Made by a program: the position numbers and the translations under genes. This document shows positions 29,113-37,855 of a stretch of 64,000 nt of DNA, in pieces. Origin of the DNA: a virus (taxonomy: Duplodnaviria; Caudoviricetes); the IMG/VR virus record IMGVR_UViG_3300028048_000045, positions 96,001 to 160,000 of that record, one strand, 5' to 3'. Position 1 is the first letter of the stretch. Each line of letters opens with the position of its first letter. The notes beneath the pieces are model-generated. The model was given only the letters and a program-made list of their open reading frames with translations. It was not told where the DNA came from and searched no databases.

Positions 29113-31077
29113 TTAACGTCTATTTCTTCTAGATTTTTTCTTAGAAGATTTATTGATCTGTGGTACAAAATCACATTCTTCAATAATGCGCTCAGCACCT
29201 TTCTTAACATCTGAAAGATTATAATGGATAAACTGAATAAGTTCTGTACAATCCTTAATGTAAGTACGACGTGTTTCAATAAGATTTACATTCTTCAAAA
29301 GAATATCATCGTTTTTATTTCCGATAATATATGTAAACTTATCTTTAAGAAGATTTTCTGCAAGATCATACAAACCATCTCCAGAAACATTCTGATCTTC
29401 ACCTTCAGTAATAAGTTTCTGACGATAACCAAGTTCATGCTGACAAATAAAGTTACTCATAACTGTTGAGAACATGATATTCTGTGTTTCACCATTATAA
29501 CCAGCTTCATATAAGAAACCGTTCATAGAAGTGATAAGTTCACCAACCATAAACATGTAATAATCTTCAACAAGTCCGCAGAGAACATTGAATGTGCTTA
29601 CACGTTTCTTATCAGCATCAATTTTATCAGATTTAATAGTTGTGTTGAGATTATAAAATAGATAATATCTTTCATATTTCTGAAGATACTTATAAATAAC
29701 AGCCCAGCTTGAGAAATTCTGTTTTGTAACATTTTCAGGAATAAGTTCAGCAATATCCATCATTACTTTTTCACTGTTAGACCAATCATAATTTGGATCA
29801 GAAGCAATTTTCTTTGTAAACGGATCTTTCTGAATAATATCCATAGCAAGTTTCATACCGTTTTCAGCTACAGTAGGATCAAGAAGAAGATCGATAGTAT
29901 CATCAATCCAATTAGCAAGTTCCTTCAATTCAGTATCAAACAAGTTATTAGGATTCATTCTTGAAGAAATTTTTTCTTCTTCTTCAGGTGTCATTTCCCA
30001 TTCTTTTACAGACGCAATACTTGTATTGAATTTTTTGAGAGCCCAAACCATTGGTAATCTCATAAATTCAAAAGTCTTCATATCTGAAGTAAGAACTTTT
30101 TCAATAGTAAGTTTATCGAAATCAAGTTTTCCCTGACGAATATAAACACGAACTGCTTCAGCAAAATCATCAAGATGTGAATTGTAAAATTTAGATCCAA
30201 ACAAGTTGTATTTCATACTAACTTCAGATTTAATTCTATCACGTTCGATGATATTGTGGAAAAGAGGAGCAATATACATTTTATTAAGAAGTTCATCCAT
30301 AATAAACTGTGTATTATCAATCTTATGACGTTCATCAGAAGATGGTCTCCAAGAATTGCTAAGACGATACTTCTTTACAATGTAATCACTACAAGCTTTA
30401 AGTGTTACAGCTTTAATCAAATCTTCAGCAATACGAGATTCCTTGAATTCTTTATCAAGTTTCCTACCATCCTGCTGAATAGATGCAAGAATAATACGAG
30501 AATTTTCTTTAGATTTACTAAGAGAATCGTAATATTCTTTATCATCTTCTGTAGCTTCACCAGAATCTACAAGCTTCTTAACTTCAAGATAGTTTTCGAT
30601 ATCTGCGTGAGCAATACGAATATATGTTTCTACAGCTTCACGATCGATAAAACCTTCAGAAATAGTACAGAAAACATCAAGTTCTTCTTTAGAAACTTTT
30701 GGGAAATTCTTTTCTTCATCTTCGAATTCAATCTTATCCCAATCAATTTCAGCTTCTTTAGAATGCTTTTCAAGATATTCTTTTGCTTCTGCATCAATTT
30801 TATCGATATCTTCTTTTTTCATAGCATTATCTACAATTTCTTCTGTAGATATATCTGTAGCATCTTCTTCAGTTTTTTCTACAGCAATTTCTGTAGGTTT
30901 TGATTCTTTAAATGCCATTTCGTCAAGAGTTACTAATGTTTCATTTGCACCTCTTGGTCTTGGTCTTGGTGGCACGGAATCTTTCGGAAGATTCCCTTCA
31001 GTTTCAATTACAGCTTCTTTAGAAAATTTAGTTGTCTCTTCAGAAAGCAGTTCATTAGTTTCTTTTTCTTCAGCCAT
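29113..31077 (-). CDS. Large helical hypothetical protein
   Basis: 654 aa, acidic N-terminus, basic C-terminal tail KKKSRRNRR, AGGAG RBS. Confidence 0.7.
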   Translation of the reverse strand: MAEEKETNELLSEETTKFSKEAVIETEGNLPKDSVPPRPRPRGANETLVTLDEMAFKESKPTEIAVEKTEEDATDISTEEIVDNAMKKEDIDKIDAEAKEYLEKHSKEAEIDWDKIEFEDEEKNFPKVSKEELDVFCTISEGFIDREAVETYIRIAHADIENYLEVKKLVDSGEATEDDKEYYDSLSKSKENSRIILASIQQDGRKLDKEFKESRIAEDLIKAVTLKACSDYIVKKYRLSNSWRPSSDERHKIDNTQFIMDELLNKMYIAPLFHNIIERDRIKSEVSMKYNLFGSKFYNSHLDDFAEAVRVYIRQGKLDFDKLTIEKVLTSDMKTFEFMRLPMVWALKKFNTSIASVKEWEMTPEEEEKISSRMNPNNLFDTELKELANWIDDTIDLLLDPTVAENGMKLAMDIIQKDPFTKKIASDPNYDWSNSEKVMMDIAELIPENVTKQNFSSWAVIYKYLQKYERYYLFYNLNTTIKSDKIDADKKRVSTFNVLCGLVEDYYMFMVGELITSMNGFLYEAGYNGETQNIMFSTVMSNFICQHELGYRQKLITEGEDQNVSGDGLYDLAENLLKDKFTYIIGNKNDDILLKNVNLIETRRTYIKDCTELIQFIHYNLSDVKKGAERIIEECDFVPQINKSSKKKSRRNRR

Positions 31078-31174
31078 ATATGACTCCTATTATTTAGTAC
31101 TAAATATATAAAAATGTAAGCTAATAATTAAAAATATAAATGTAGGAGAATGAATCTCCTACATTATAAAATAT

Positions 31175-31897
31175 TTAATTTTCTAGCAAATCGATCATAC
31201 CTTGATATCTATTCTTGGTATTTTCCATTTCTTGTCTAGCTTTTTCATATTCTTTTATTTTAGAATCCAACTCAGCAAGTTTAGTATTATAATTTGCTTC
31301 CTTGATACGAGCAGCATTATCCAAATCAATCATTCTTTTTCGGAACGATTTATAGGTAGATTCTCTAGCAGTATCAAGTACATCGTATTCTTCTTTTGTG
31401 ATATATAAATCAGAATAATCACTTTCAACTTCTGTATCAAGATTAGAAAATTCAATAAGACCTTTTATACGATTCAATAACTCAGTTTTAGTCTTTGCTA
31501 TAAATTCGTCTCTATCTATTTCAGTACTAAATTTCCTTACTATAGGATAGATATTAAAGCTTATTTTAGAAACCTTAATATATTCTTCACTTTTATCAAA
31601 ATCTATTAAAGATTCTGGAATAAATACTTTTTCTTCAGTGTAAGAATAAGGTTCTAATGAATCTACTACCAATCCGATATAGATAGTTGTTTCCGGTTTA
31701 ATAGCCGAATAATAACTGGTAAGACCTAAACCAACAGGTTCAAAATAAGTTTTATAGATATTATAGTCATCATCATTGTTACTAACCACATTATCTATAT
31801 TAGTCTTACCAATTATTCGTATATTTGATTTATATCCACCGTACAAACTATTTAAGTAAATAGCATAACTTTTACCATATTCAAGTTTTTCAATCAT
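31175..31897 (-). CDS. Putative virion structural protein
   Basis: 240 aa with C-terminal coiled coil; late operon. Confidence 0.5.
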   Translation of the reverse strand: MIEKLEYGKSYAIYLNSLYGGYKSNIRIIGKTNIDNVVSNNDDDYNIYKTYFEPVGLGLTSYYSAIKPETTIYIGLVVDSLEPYSYTEEKVFIPESLIDFDKSEEYIKVSKISFNIYPIVRKFSTEIDRDEFIAKTKTELLNRIKGLIEFSNLDTEVESDYSDLYITKEEYDVLDTARESTYKSFRKRMIDLDNAARIKEANYNTKLAELDSKIKEYEKARQEMENTKNRYQGMIDLLEN

Positions 31898-31916
31898 AGT
31901 GGAATCACCTCACAAA

Positions 31917-34175
31917 TTATACTTCTACATAATTAAAAGATTTAGCAAAAGCTTTACCTTTATGAGCGATAACTGTAAAGTTAACATTGTTGATAATAAA
32001 CTTAGCAACGTTTTTCTTATAACCACTAGTCTGTAAATCACTATCGGCATTTCTATCGATTTCATAATCAATCTTAACACCAGCAATTGATGAATAGTAT
32101 CTTGCGTTATTATCATTAGTGAACATTGCTTCCATAAGCTTAATAAGAACAATCTGTAACTTATCAGCATAATTAAATGTGTTCATATTAGATTGATTAT
32201 AATTGAAAATCTTAGTTTCATAATTAGCGAAACCTGAAAGACTTGTAAGCGGTCTAGCATCTGTTGTACCGAAAGCTGTACAGATCAAAGGCATTGGATA
32301 TCTTAAATCTAAGCTATTCTGACCAGAAGTTTCCTGTCCATTAAGTGAACCGATGTGAATAAATTCAAGAGGAAGATTTTTCTGTTTTTCTCCAGAAGAT
32401 ACAAGAGAAGCTCTTCCGTTTGAAGCGTATTCGAACAAACTGAATACACCATTAAGATTTTTAATCTGATCATGAGCATCTTCGATATTAGCTGTCCCAA
32501 AATAGTTATTAGGATCGAATCTATCACCAAGACTATTAATCAGTGTATTAGTTGGAATAATATAAACTTCTGTTGTAGTGAACAATTCAGGATACATCTT
32601 AGATAAGAACATATCGAGATCTGTATCACTATGTCCAATATAAGTAATATTTCCATCATCATCGTATTGCATTGGATGACAATGACCACTTGTATGAAGA
32701 CGTTTAATATAATCCTTTACAGCAGTAATCTGTTGTGCTAATGTAGGAGCCTGTGCTTCACTACCATAGAAAATATAGAATTTCTGCATAATGGAATGAT
32801 GTACAGCATCCCAAATTAAATTCTTTCTGTTTTTAGAATCAATAGTAGGTGTAACACGTAAAGTCTGGAACTCTTGATAATATTTATAAGTTCCATCCTT
32901 CATAATATTTGTAATAGCCTGGATTATATTTTTCTGGAATTCAGATTGAGATGTAACGAAATTGTTTTTAAGTGTTGTTGATTCAGATGCAACATTAGCA
33001 TAATCGTTATCATAAATTCCATAGTTATCATCAGCTGCACCTTTAGCACCATCCATATCTTCATCATTATATGTGTATACAGCATATTGTGCTACACTAG
33101 ATGAATTAATGAATGCATCAGGATCGAGATAACAAACAATTACCCAAGTCTTAGAAATAGTTTCAGTATAATTAGCTCTTACTTCAAAAGAGAATTTCTT
33201 AATACGTCCTTCTTTAGATGAAGGTTCAAAGTTAGCAGTTCCGTAAACATACTGAAGATTAAGAACTTCAGAGTTATAGAACATTTCCTGTTCTTCATCA
33301 ACAGAAAGAGTTTCACCATCAGCGTGACGAAGAGTATCATCTCCAGTCATTTCCTTCCAACGGAAAGGATTGTATTTAATTGTACCATTAGCAATAACTT
33401 CCTCACCAGATTCATATCTAGTCTGGAAATGTTTACTATTATCTGTACATTTACCAATGAAAAGTGAAATAAATCTTCCAATTTCAGATTCAGTGTCGAG
33501 ATCACGTTTCATAGCGGCTACAGTATCAGAACTACCGTACCAAGATGAAAGTTTTTCATCAGAAGCATTTCTAATAAACGATGGATATTTAAGTGAACTA
33601 TCAACATACATATTGATAATTTCAGATTCATACTTCTTAATGAATTCACAAATAGTATAAATCTTCTGCCAGAAAATATGTTCAAGAGGATAAATATTAT
33701 TTTCGTATTTTCCGCCAGATTTAAATAATTTTACATTTTCTAATGTATAAGTTTTACCATTGAAAGTTGTATAGTTAGGATCAATATGATCAACAAAACG
33801 TGTTGGTTCAGTAACCTCATTAGACATTACCTTACCATTATCGAGAATAATAGATGATAGATATTCTTGAGATCTATCATTGCGGATATTAAGTCCTGTT
33901 CTTTCACTTTTGGCCGAAATACCATTTGATGAATCGCTGTACAAGCTATACAAATTATCAATCTGTTTAGGATTAGTAGTTCTAATCAATATATCTTTAA
34001 TACTTGTATCAAAGATAGCTGTTTGTGCGAATGTTCCATCACCAGTATTATCATATCCAAATTTATCAGAAACTACCTGATCAATAGGATAATCTTTGGA
34101 ACCTTTAACGTAAAAGAAGAATTTTGCTGTATTAGCTAATGATGTACCAGTAGCATCAATTATATTCTGAGCCAT
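31917..34175 (-). CDS. Putative virion structural protein
   Basis: 752 aa, late promoter AACA TTATTA TATA at 34199-34212. Confidence 0.55.
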   Translation of the reverse strand: MAQNIIDATGTSLANTAKFFFYVKGSKDYPIDQVVSDKFGYDNTGDGTFAQTAIFDTSIKDILIRTTNPKQIDNLYSLYSDSSNGISAKSERTGLNIRNDRSQEYLSSIILDNGKVMSNEVTEPTRFVDHIDPNYTTFNGKTYTLENVKLFKSGGKYENNIYPLEHIFWQKIYTICEFIKKYESEIINMYVDSSLKYPSFIRNASDEKLSSWYGSSDTVAAMKRDLDTESEIGRFISLFIGKCTDNSKHFQTRYESGEEVIANGTIKYNPFRWKEMTGDDTLRHADGETLSVDEEQEMFYNSEVLNLQYVYGTANFEPSSKEGRIKKFSFEVRANYTETISKTWVIVCYLDPDAFINSSSVAQYAVYTYNDEDMDGAKGAADDNYGIYDNDYANVASESTTLKNNFVTSQSEFQKNIIQAITNIMKDGTYKYYQEFQTLRVTPTIDSKNRKNLIWDAVHHSIMQKFYIFYGSEAQAPTLAQQITAVKDYIKRLHTSGHCHPMQYDDDGNITYIGHSDTDLDMFLSKMYPELFTTTEVYIIPTNTLINSLGDRFDPNNYFGTANIEDAHDQIKNLNGVFSLFEYASNGRASLVSSGEKQKNLPLEFIHIGSLNGQETSGQNSLDLRYPMPLICTAFGTTDARPLTSLSGFANYETKIFNYNQSNMNTFNYADKLQIVLIKLMEAMFTNDNNARYYSSIAGVKIDYEIDRNADSDLQTSGYKKNVAKFIINNVNFTVIAHKGKAFAKSFNYVEV

Positions 34176-34218
34176 AAAATTACTCCTTAATTACAATGTA
34201 TATAATAATGTTTTCGAT

Positions 34219-34249
34219 GAAAAAAAAGAGGGAACTATTAAAGTTCCCT
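34219..34249. repeat. 31-bp direct repeat / terminator, copy 1
   Basis: GAAAAAAAAGAGGGAACTATTAAAGTTCCCT identical to 34651-34681. Confidence 0.85.
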
Positions 34250-34273
34250 TCTAGCAACTAATCTAATAAACAA

Positions 34274-34585
34274 TTATGTATTAGTTTGTTTATTATTATT
34301 CTGTTGATCTTGTAATAAATCATCACCTTTTACAAATGAATCAGCTATAGAACTAAAAGATTCTATAAATGATTTAAGTTTAGAAGAAGCTTCGAGACAT
34401 TTGTTAGCTAAATTAAAATAATTAGTCATTTCATCATAAGCTATTGAAAATTTATAAAATTTACTATCAAAATCTCCAACCATTTTAATAAATGTTTCTT
34501 CAGAAATTTTTCCTTCAGAAAAAGATTTTAAAAGAAATTCTTGTGTTAGTTTTCTATCATTTAATACAGTTTCGAAAACATCCAT
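34274..34585 (-). CDS. Early hypothetical protein (type A cassette)
   Basis: 103 aa, AAGGAG RBS, type A leader, flanked by 31-bp direct repeats. Confidence 0.7.
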   Translation of the reverse strand: MDVFETVLNDRKLTQEFLLKSFSEGKISEETFIKMVGDFDSKFYKFSIAYDEMTNYFNLANKCLEASSKLKSFIESFSSIADSFVKGDDLLQDQQNNNKQTNT

Positions 34586-34650
34586 AATTTTTCTCCTTTA
34601 AATGTTATTAGAATTTATACAAATTCTATTCATTATAATGATATATAAAA

Positions 34651-34681
34651 GAAAAAAAAGAGGGAACTATTAAAGTTCCCT
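34651..34681. repeat. 31-bp direct repeat / terminator, copy 2
   Basis: Identical to 34219-34249; terminates the tubulin gene. Confidence 0.85.
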
Positions 34682-34707
34682 CTTTAGTACTTAAGATAAC
34701 TTAAGGA

Positions 34708-36009
34708 TTAGAACAGATCAGCAAGCTGTTCATTAGACATAGTCTTTGCACCAAAAGCATCCTGAAGTGCAGCGGCATCTTCTTTTACAGATGAGAAACC
34801 TACTGATTCAGATTTAAGAACTTCTGCTTTCTTTTCGTTTGATTCTGTCAAACGACGAAGATTTGCACGGAGATCTTCAACTACAGCATTCAATGAAGTG
34901 AAACCAAAGAATCCAATCATAGATTCTTCAATGAGATCTTTAGAAATAGAATCTACTCCATTGATACTCATCTTATCAATTTCAAAGAATACAGACATGA
35001 TGTCGCGAGACATAATGTCATAGTTTGTACGAATCTGCTTAGCAGCTTTTTCTTCTGCACCATCTTCAGTAAACTTAAGCATTTCAACAATACGTTTACA
35101 AGACTGTCCCTGTGGAATTGTGAACTGGAATTTGTTTTCATTGCTGATTGAAAGGAATGCTGAACATCCAGGGATACGAAGTGTGTTTACTTTATCCTGA
35201 AGATCCATACATTTCAATGATGAGTTCATTTCAATTCCAAGGAATTTGAGAATAGGCATAGTAATTCTCGCATTGATGATACGATACATTTCATCAGTAT
35301 TTGTATATTTAACTGATGAAGGCAAATTGTTATCAGCGATGAAGAAGTTAGCCAATCCCTTATCAATTGCATTCTGGATATCAACGAAACATTCAATTGT
35401 ATTCTGAAGATTCTGCTGACCTGCTGATACAGAACATTTTGGAACAAGACCGATTACAACTGGACGTGGAACTGTATTGGTGAGATCATCAATTACATAT
35501 TCCTTTCCATTGTATGAGAACTTCTCAGCCTTATTAACATAGTTAGTAAGGTAAGTTGTTAACATAGGTCCAATTCCAGAACCAGTACCACCATCAGCTG
35601 AGAAACAGTTGATAATGATTGTCTGTACTTCAGGATGGAACAGAACTTCTTCATAATAAGCTACGAATGTCTGAAGAGCATCGAATTTCTGTCCCTGGAA
35701 ATCTGCAGAATATCCTTTGAAGTATGCTTTTGCACGGTTTCTGTTTTTACCAGCACCATCAGCATTAGCACCTCCGATCTTGAATTTCTGAGCATCAGGA
35801 AGGTTCAACTGATCAAGATCCTGATCACTTGTGTTAACAGCAATCAGGTATGGGTTATTTGGTAAACAACTCTTAAGAGTCATACCAATGTTAGCTCCAC
35901 CCTGACCTTCGGTAATGATTACGAATCTTACCTTCTGTCTTGCCTTAGCCTGTGAGATTACAGGTTCTTCATTTCCAGCTGCAGCTGATTTTACATTTTC
36001 TTCTGCCAT
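34708..36009 (-). CDS. Tubulin/FtsZ-family GTPase (PhuZ/TubZ-like)
   Basis: GQGGANIG, AVNT, GAGKNR, signature GGTGSG, DNN, T7 loop DLQD; helical C-terminal tail. Confidence 0.9.
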   Translation of the reverse strand: MAEENVKSAAAGNEEPVISQAKARQKVRFVIITEGQGGANIGMTLKSCLPNNPYLIAVNTSDQDLDQLNLPDAQKFKIGGANADGAGKNRNRAKAYFKGYSADFQGQKFDALQTFVAYYEEVLFHPEVQTIIINCFSADGGTGSGIGPMLTTYLTNYVNKAEKFSYNGKEYVIDDLTNTVPRPVVIGLVPKCSVSAGQQNLQNTIECFVDIQNAIDKGLANFFIADNNLPSSVKYTNTDEMYRIINARITMPILKFLGIEMNSSLKCMDLQDKVNTLRIPGCSAFLSISNENKFQFTIPQGQSCKRIVEMLKFTEDGAEEKAAKQIRTNYDIMSRDIMSVFFEIDKMSINGVDSISKDLIEESMIGFFGFTSLNAVVEDLRANLRRLTESNEKKAEVLKSESVGFSSVKEDAAALQDAFGAKTMSNEQLADLF

Positions 36010-36103
36010 ATTTATTGGCCTCCTTAATACGTATTATGTGAAAAATATATAAGTATTTTAGTTTTTAATAAACATAAAAGGTGCGAATTAACGCACCTTT
36101 TTA

Positions 36104-36871
36104 TTAGAAAATTTTAAATAAGTAATGACCTAATAACCAGAATCCGACTGATGCTAAATCAATACCTGTACCAATTAATATTTTTTCAACATCTTTATTC
36201 ATTATTCCAGTAGTCGCAATTCCAGTACCAACACCAATTCCAGTACCACTAATACCGAAACCTATTATTGCATTATTAAATGAACGTTCTAATCTAACTA
36301 CTTGTTTTTCTGCAAATTCAGCTCTCTCTAAAGCTTCACCAAATAATAAATTAGTATTATGTTCATCTTCATTATTAGAAACTAAAGCAGCTTCAATCTG
36401 TTTATTTTCTTCAACTACTTCATTCAGTTTCTGTGTTATTGTATCCACATGTTGTTGCAATAACATTGATTGTTCTTTCCATTGTGTCGCAGAGTCCAAG
36501 GACTCCTTCAGTGTAGATTTTATTGTATTCGAGTACGTCAAGGTTAGCTCCCTCAATTCGCTTACTGTATTCAGCTGATTGTTGAGCATAGTCTTCACTA
36601 CATCGTTTGATTTCTGTTGCGATGGAATCAAGTTTACCGTTGGAAATGGTGAGATCTGAAATAAGTTTATCTCGTTCGCTTGTAAGCCGTTCTTTTTCAG
36701 ATTTAAGAGTGGAAATGTCAGATTTGAGGCTCCTGATGGTTTCTGAAGCTCTCCCATCTGTTGATTTTGTCGCAATCCTATATCCGATTCCGATTCCTGC
36801 GCCAAGCAAGGCACAAGTACAACAAAAAATAATAACAATACGAATAATGATTTTTTTAATAGATTCTTCAT
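36104..36871 (-). CDS. Secreted coiled-coil protein with C-terminal Gly-rich hydrophobic anchor (putative outer spanin component)
   Basis: Signal peptide MKNLLKKSLFVLLLFFVVLVPCLA-QE, coiled coil, hydrophobic C-terminus; overlaps 36420..36875; late promoter. Confidence 0.5.
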   Translation of the reverse strand: MKNLLKKSLFVLLLFFVVLVPCLAQESESDIGLRQNQQMGELQKPSGASNLTFPLLNLKKNGLQANEINLFQISPFPTVNLIPSQQKSNDVVKTMLNNQLNTVSELRELTLTYSNTIKSTLKESLDSATQWKEQSMLLQQHVDTITQKLNEVVEENKQIEAALVSNNEDEHNTNLLFGEALERAEFAEKQVVRLERSFNNAIIGFGISGTGIGVGTGIATTGIMNKDVEKILIGTGIDLASVGFWLLGHYLFKIF

Positions 36872-36875
36872 TCAC
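36420..36875 (-). CDS. Putative i-spanin (Rz-like)
   Basis: GTG start 6 nt after AAGGAG; N-terminal TM, long heptad coiled coil, periplasmic cysteines. Confidence 0.55.
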   Translation of the reverse strand: MNEESIKKIIIRIVIIFCCTCALLGAGIGIGYRIATKSTDGRASETIRSLKSDISTLKSEKERLTSERDKLISDLTISNGKLDSIATEIKRCSEDYAQQSAEYSKRIEGANLDVLEYNKIYTEGVLGLCDTMERTINVIATTCGYNNTETE

Positions 36876-36898
36876 GATTTACTCCTTTCTTTAAAGAA

Positions 36899-36933
36899 TA
36901 TATTAATTTGTCATAGGTCGACATATTAATATA
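36899..36933. promoter_or_regulatory. Back-to-back divergent late promoters
   Basis: GACA AATTAA TATA on minus (36899-36912) and GACA TATTAA TATA on plus (36920-36933). Confidence 0.72.
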
Positions 36934-36963
36934 AAATCTAAACCAAATTAAGGAGTATTTCCT

Positions 36964-37803
36964 ATGATAAATAATTTTTATATAACAAAAGATGATATTA
37001 AAGATCCAAAAGATCAATGGTTCAGTCTTTATGATCCAGAATTAACAGCTGACATTATGAACGGTAAGAATACAATTATGGATTTGTTACATGCTATTGA
37101 AGATTTTAATGGTAATAAACCAAGAAATAAACGAATAATGTATTCGGTATATGTTAACGGATTTAATTTACCAATATTTGTAGCTAAAGCTAAATTCATA
37201 GGTGAGGATTTCATCTATTTCTATGCATACAATAATAATGGTGCATTGTATGTTACACAGAATAACAATAAACCAAATTTTATTGATGGTGTCTCAACAT
37301 ATTTAGTTAAAATCAACCAAATCACTGCTGTAAACTTTGGTTCTTTCAACAAAGAGGAATGTCCGTTCTTGAATAAAGAGAAATCTAATACTATTTCAGA
37401 AGATAAAATGTTATCTTTACTGACTGATGAGATAGCATCTTTCAATGCTTCTATAAGTTCGGGTGAATACAGAACTGCTATAAATCATTTCTGTATGTTT
37501 ATGAAAAATAATAAAATCAACTCATATGATTTTAATTATAATAGTGCAGCATTCAATAAATACATTATTCTTTGCGGTTCTTATATGTCTCTTATCAAAG
37601 ATATAGTTGGTCGCCATGATGATCCAACAATAAATGTCAACGATCCTAAAGTTCCTAATAAGATGTATTTCTTTGAAAATAAAGCTGCTATGGAAGAATT
37701 TGTTAAAACCGCTGAACATTCTAGAATGAATATTACTATTAATAATACATTCTATGAAGACGATATTAGCACTTTCAAATCTATCATCAATCCAAATCAT
37801 TAA
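36964..37803 (+). CDS. Hypothetical late protein
   Basis: 279 aa, AAGGAG RBS, plus-strand late promoter, convergent terminator at about 37824-37850. Confidence 0.75.
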   Translation: MINNFYITKDDIKDPKDQWFSLYDPELTADIMNGKNTIMDLLHAIEDFNGNKPRNKRIMYSVYVNGFNLPIFVAKAKFIGEDFIYFYAYNNNGALYVTQNNNKPNFIDGVSTYLVKINQITAVNFGSFNKEECPFLNKEKSNTISEDKMLSLLTDEIASFNASISSGEYRTAINHFCMFMKNNKINSYDFNYNSAAFNKYIILCGSYMSLIKDIVGRHDDPTINVNDPKVPNKMYFFENKAAMEEFVKTAEHSRMNITINNTFYEDDISTFKSIINPNH

Positions 37804-37855
37804 TCAATATTTATTAAAAAATAAAAGATGGAGCAAAGAGCTCCATCTTTAATAT

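Noticed and set aside
29113-31077. Chimallin candidate by size
   Set aside because: Appears all-helical with no recognisable ChmA features; a structure search is needed for a firm exclusion.
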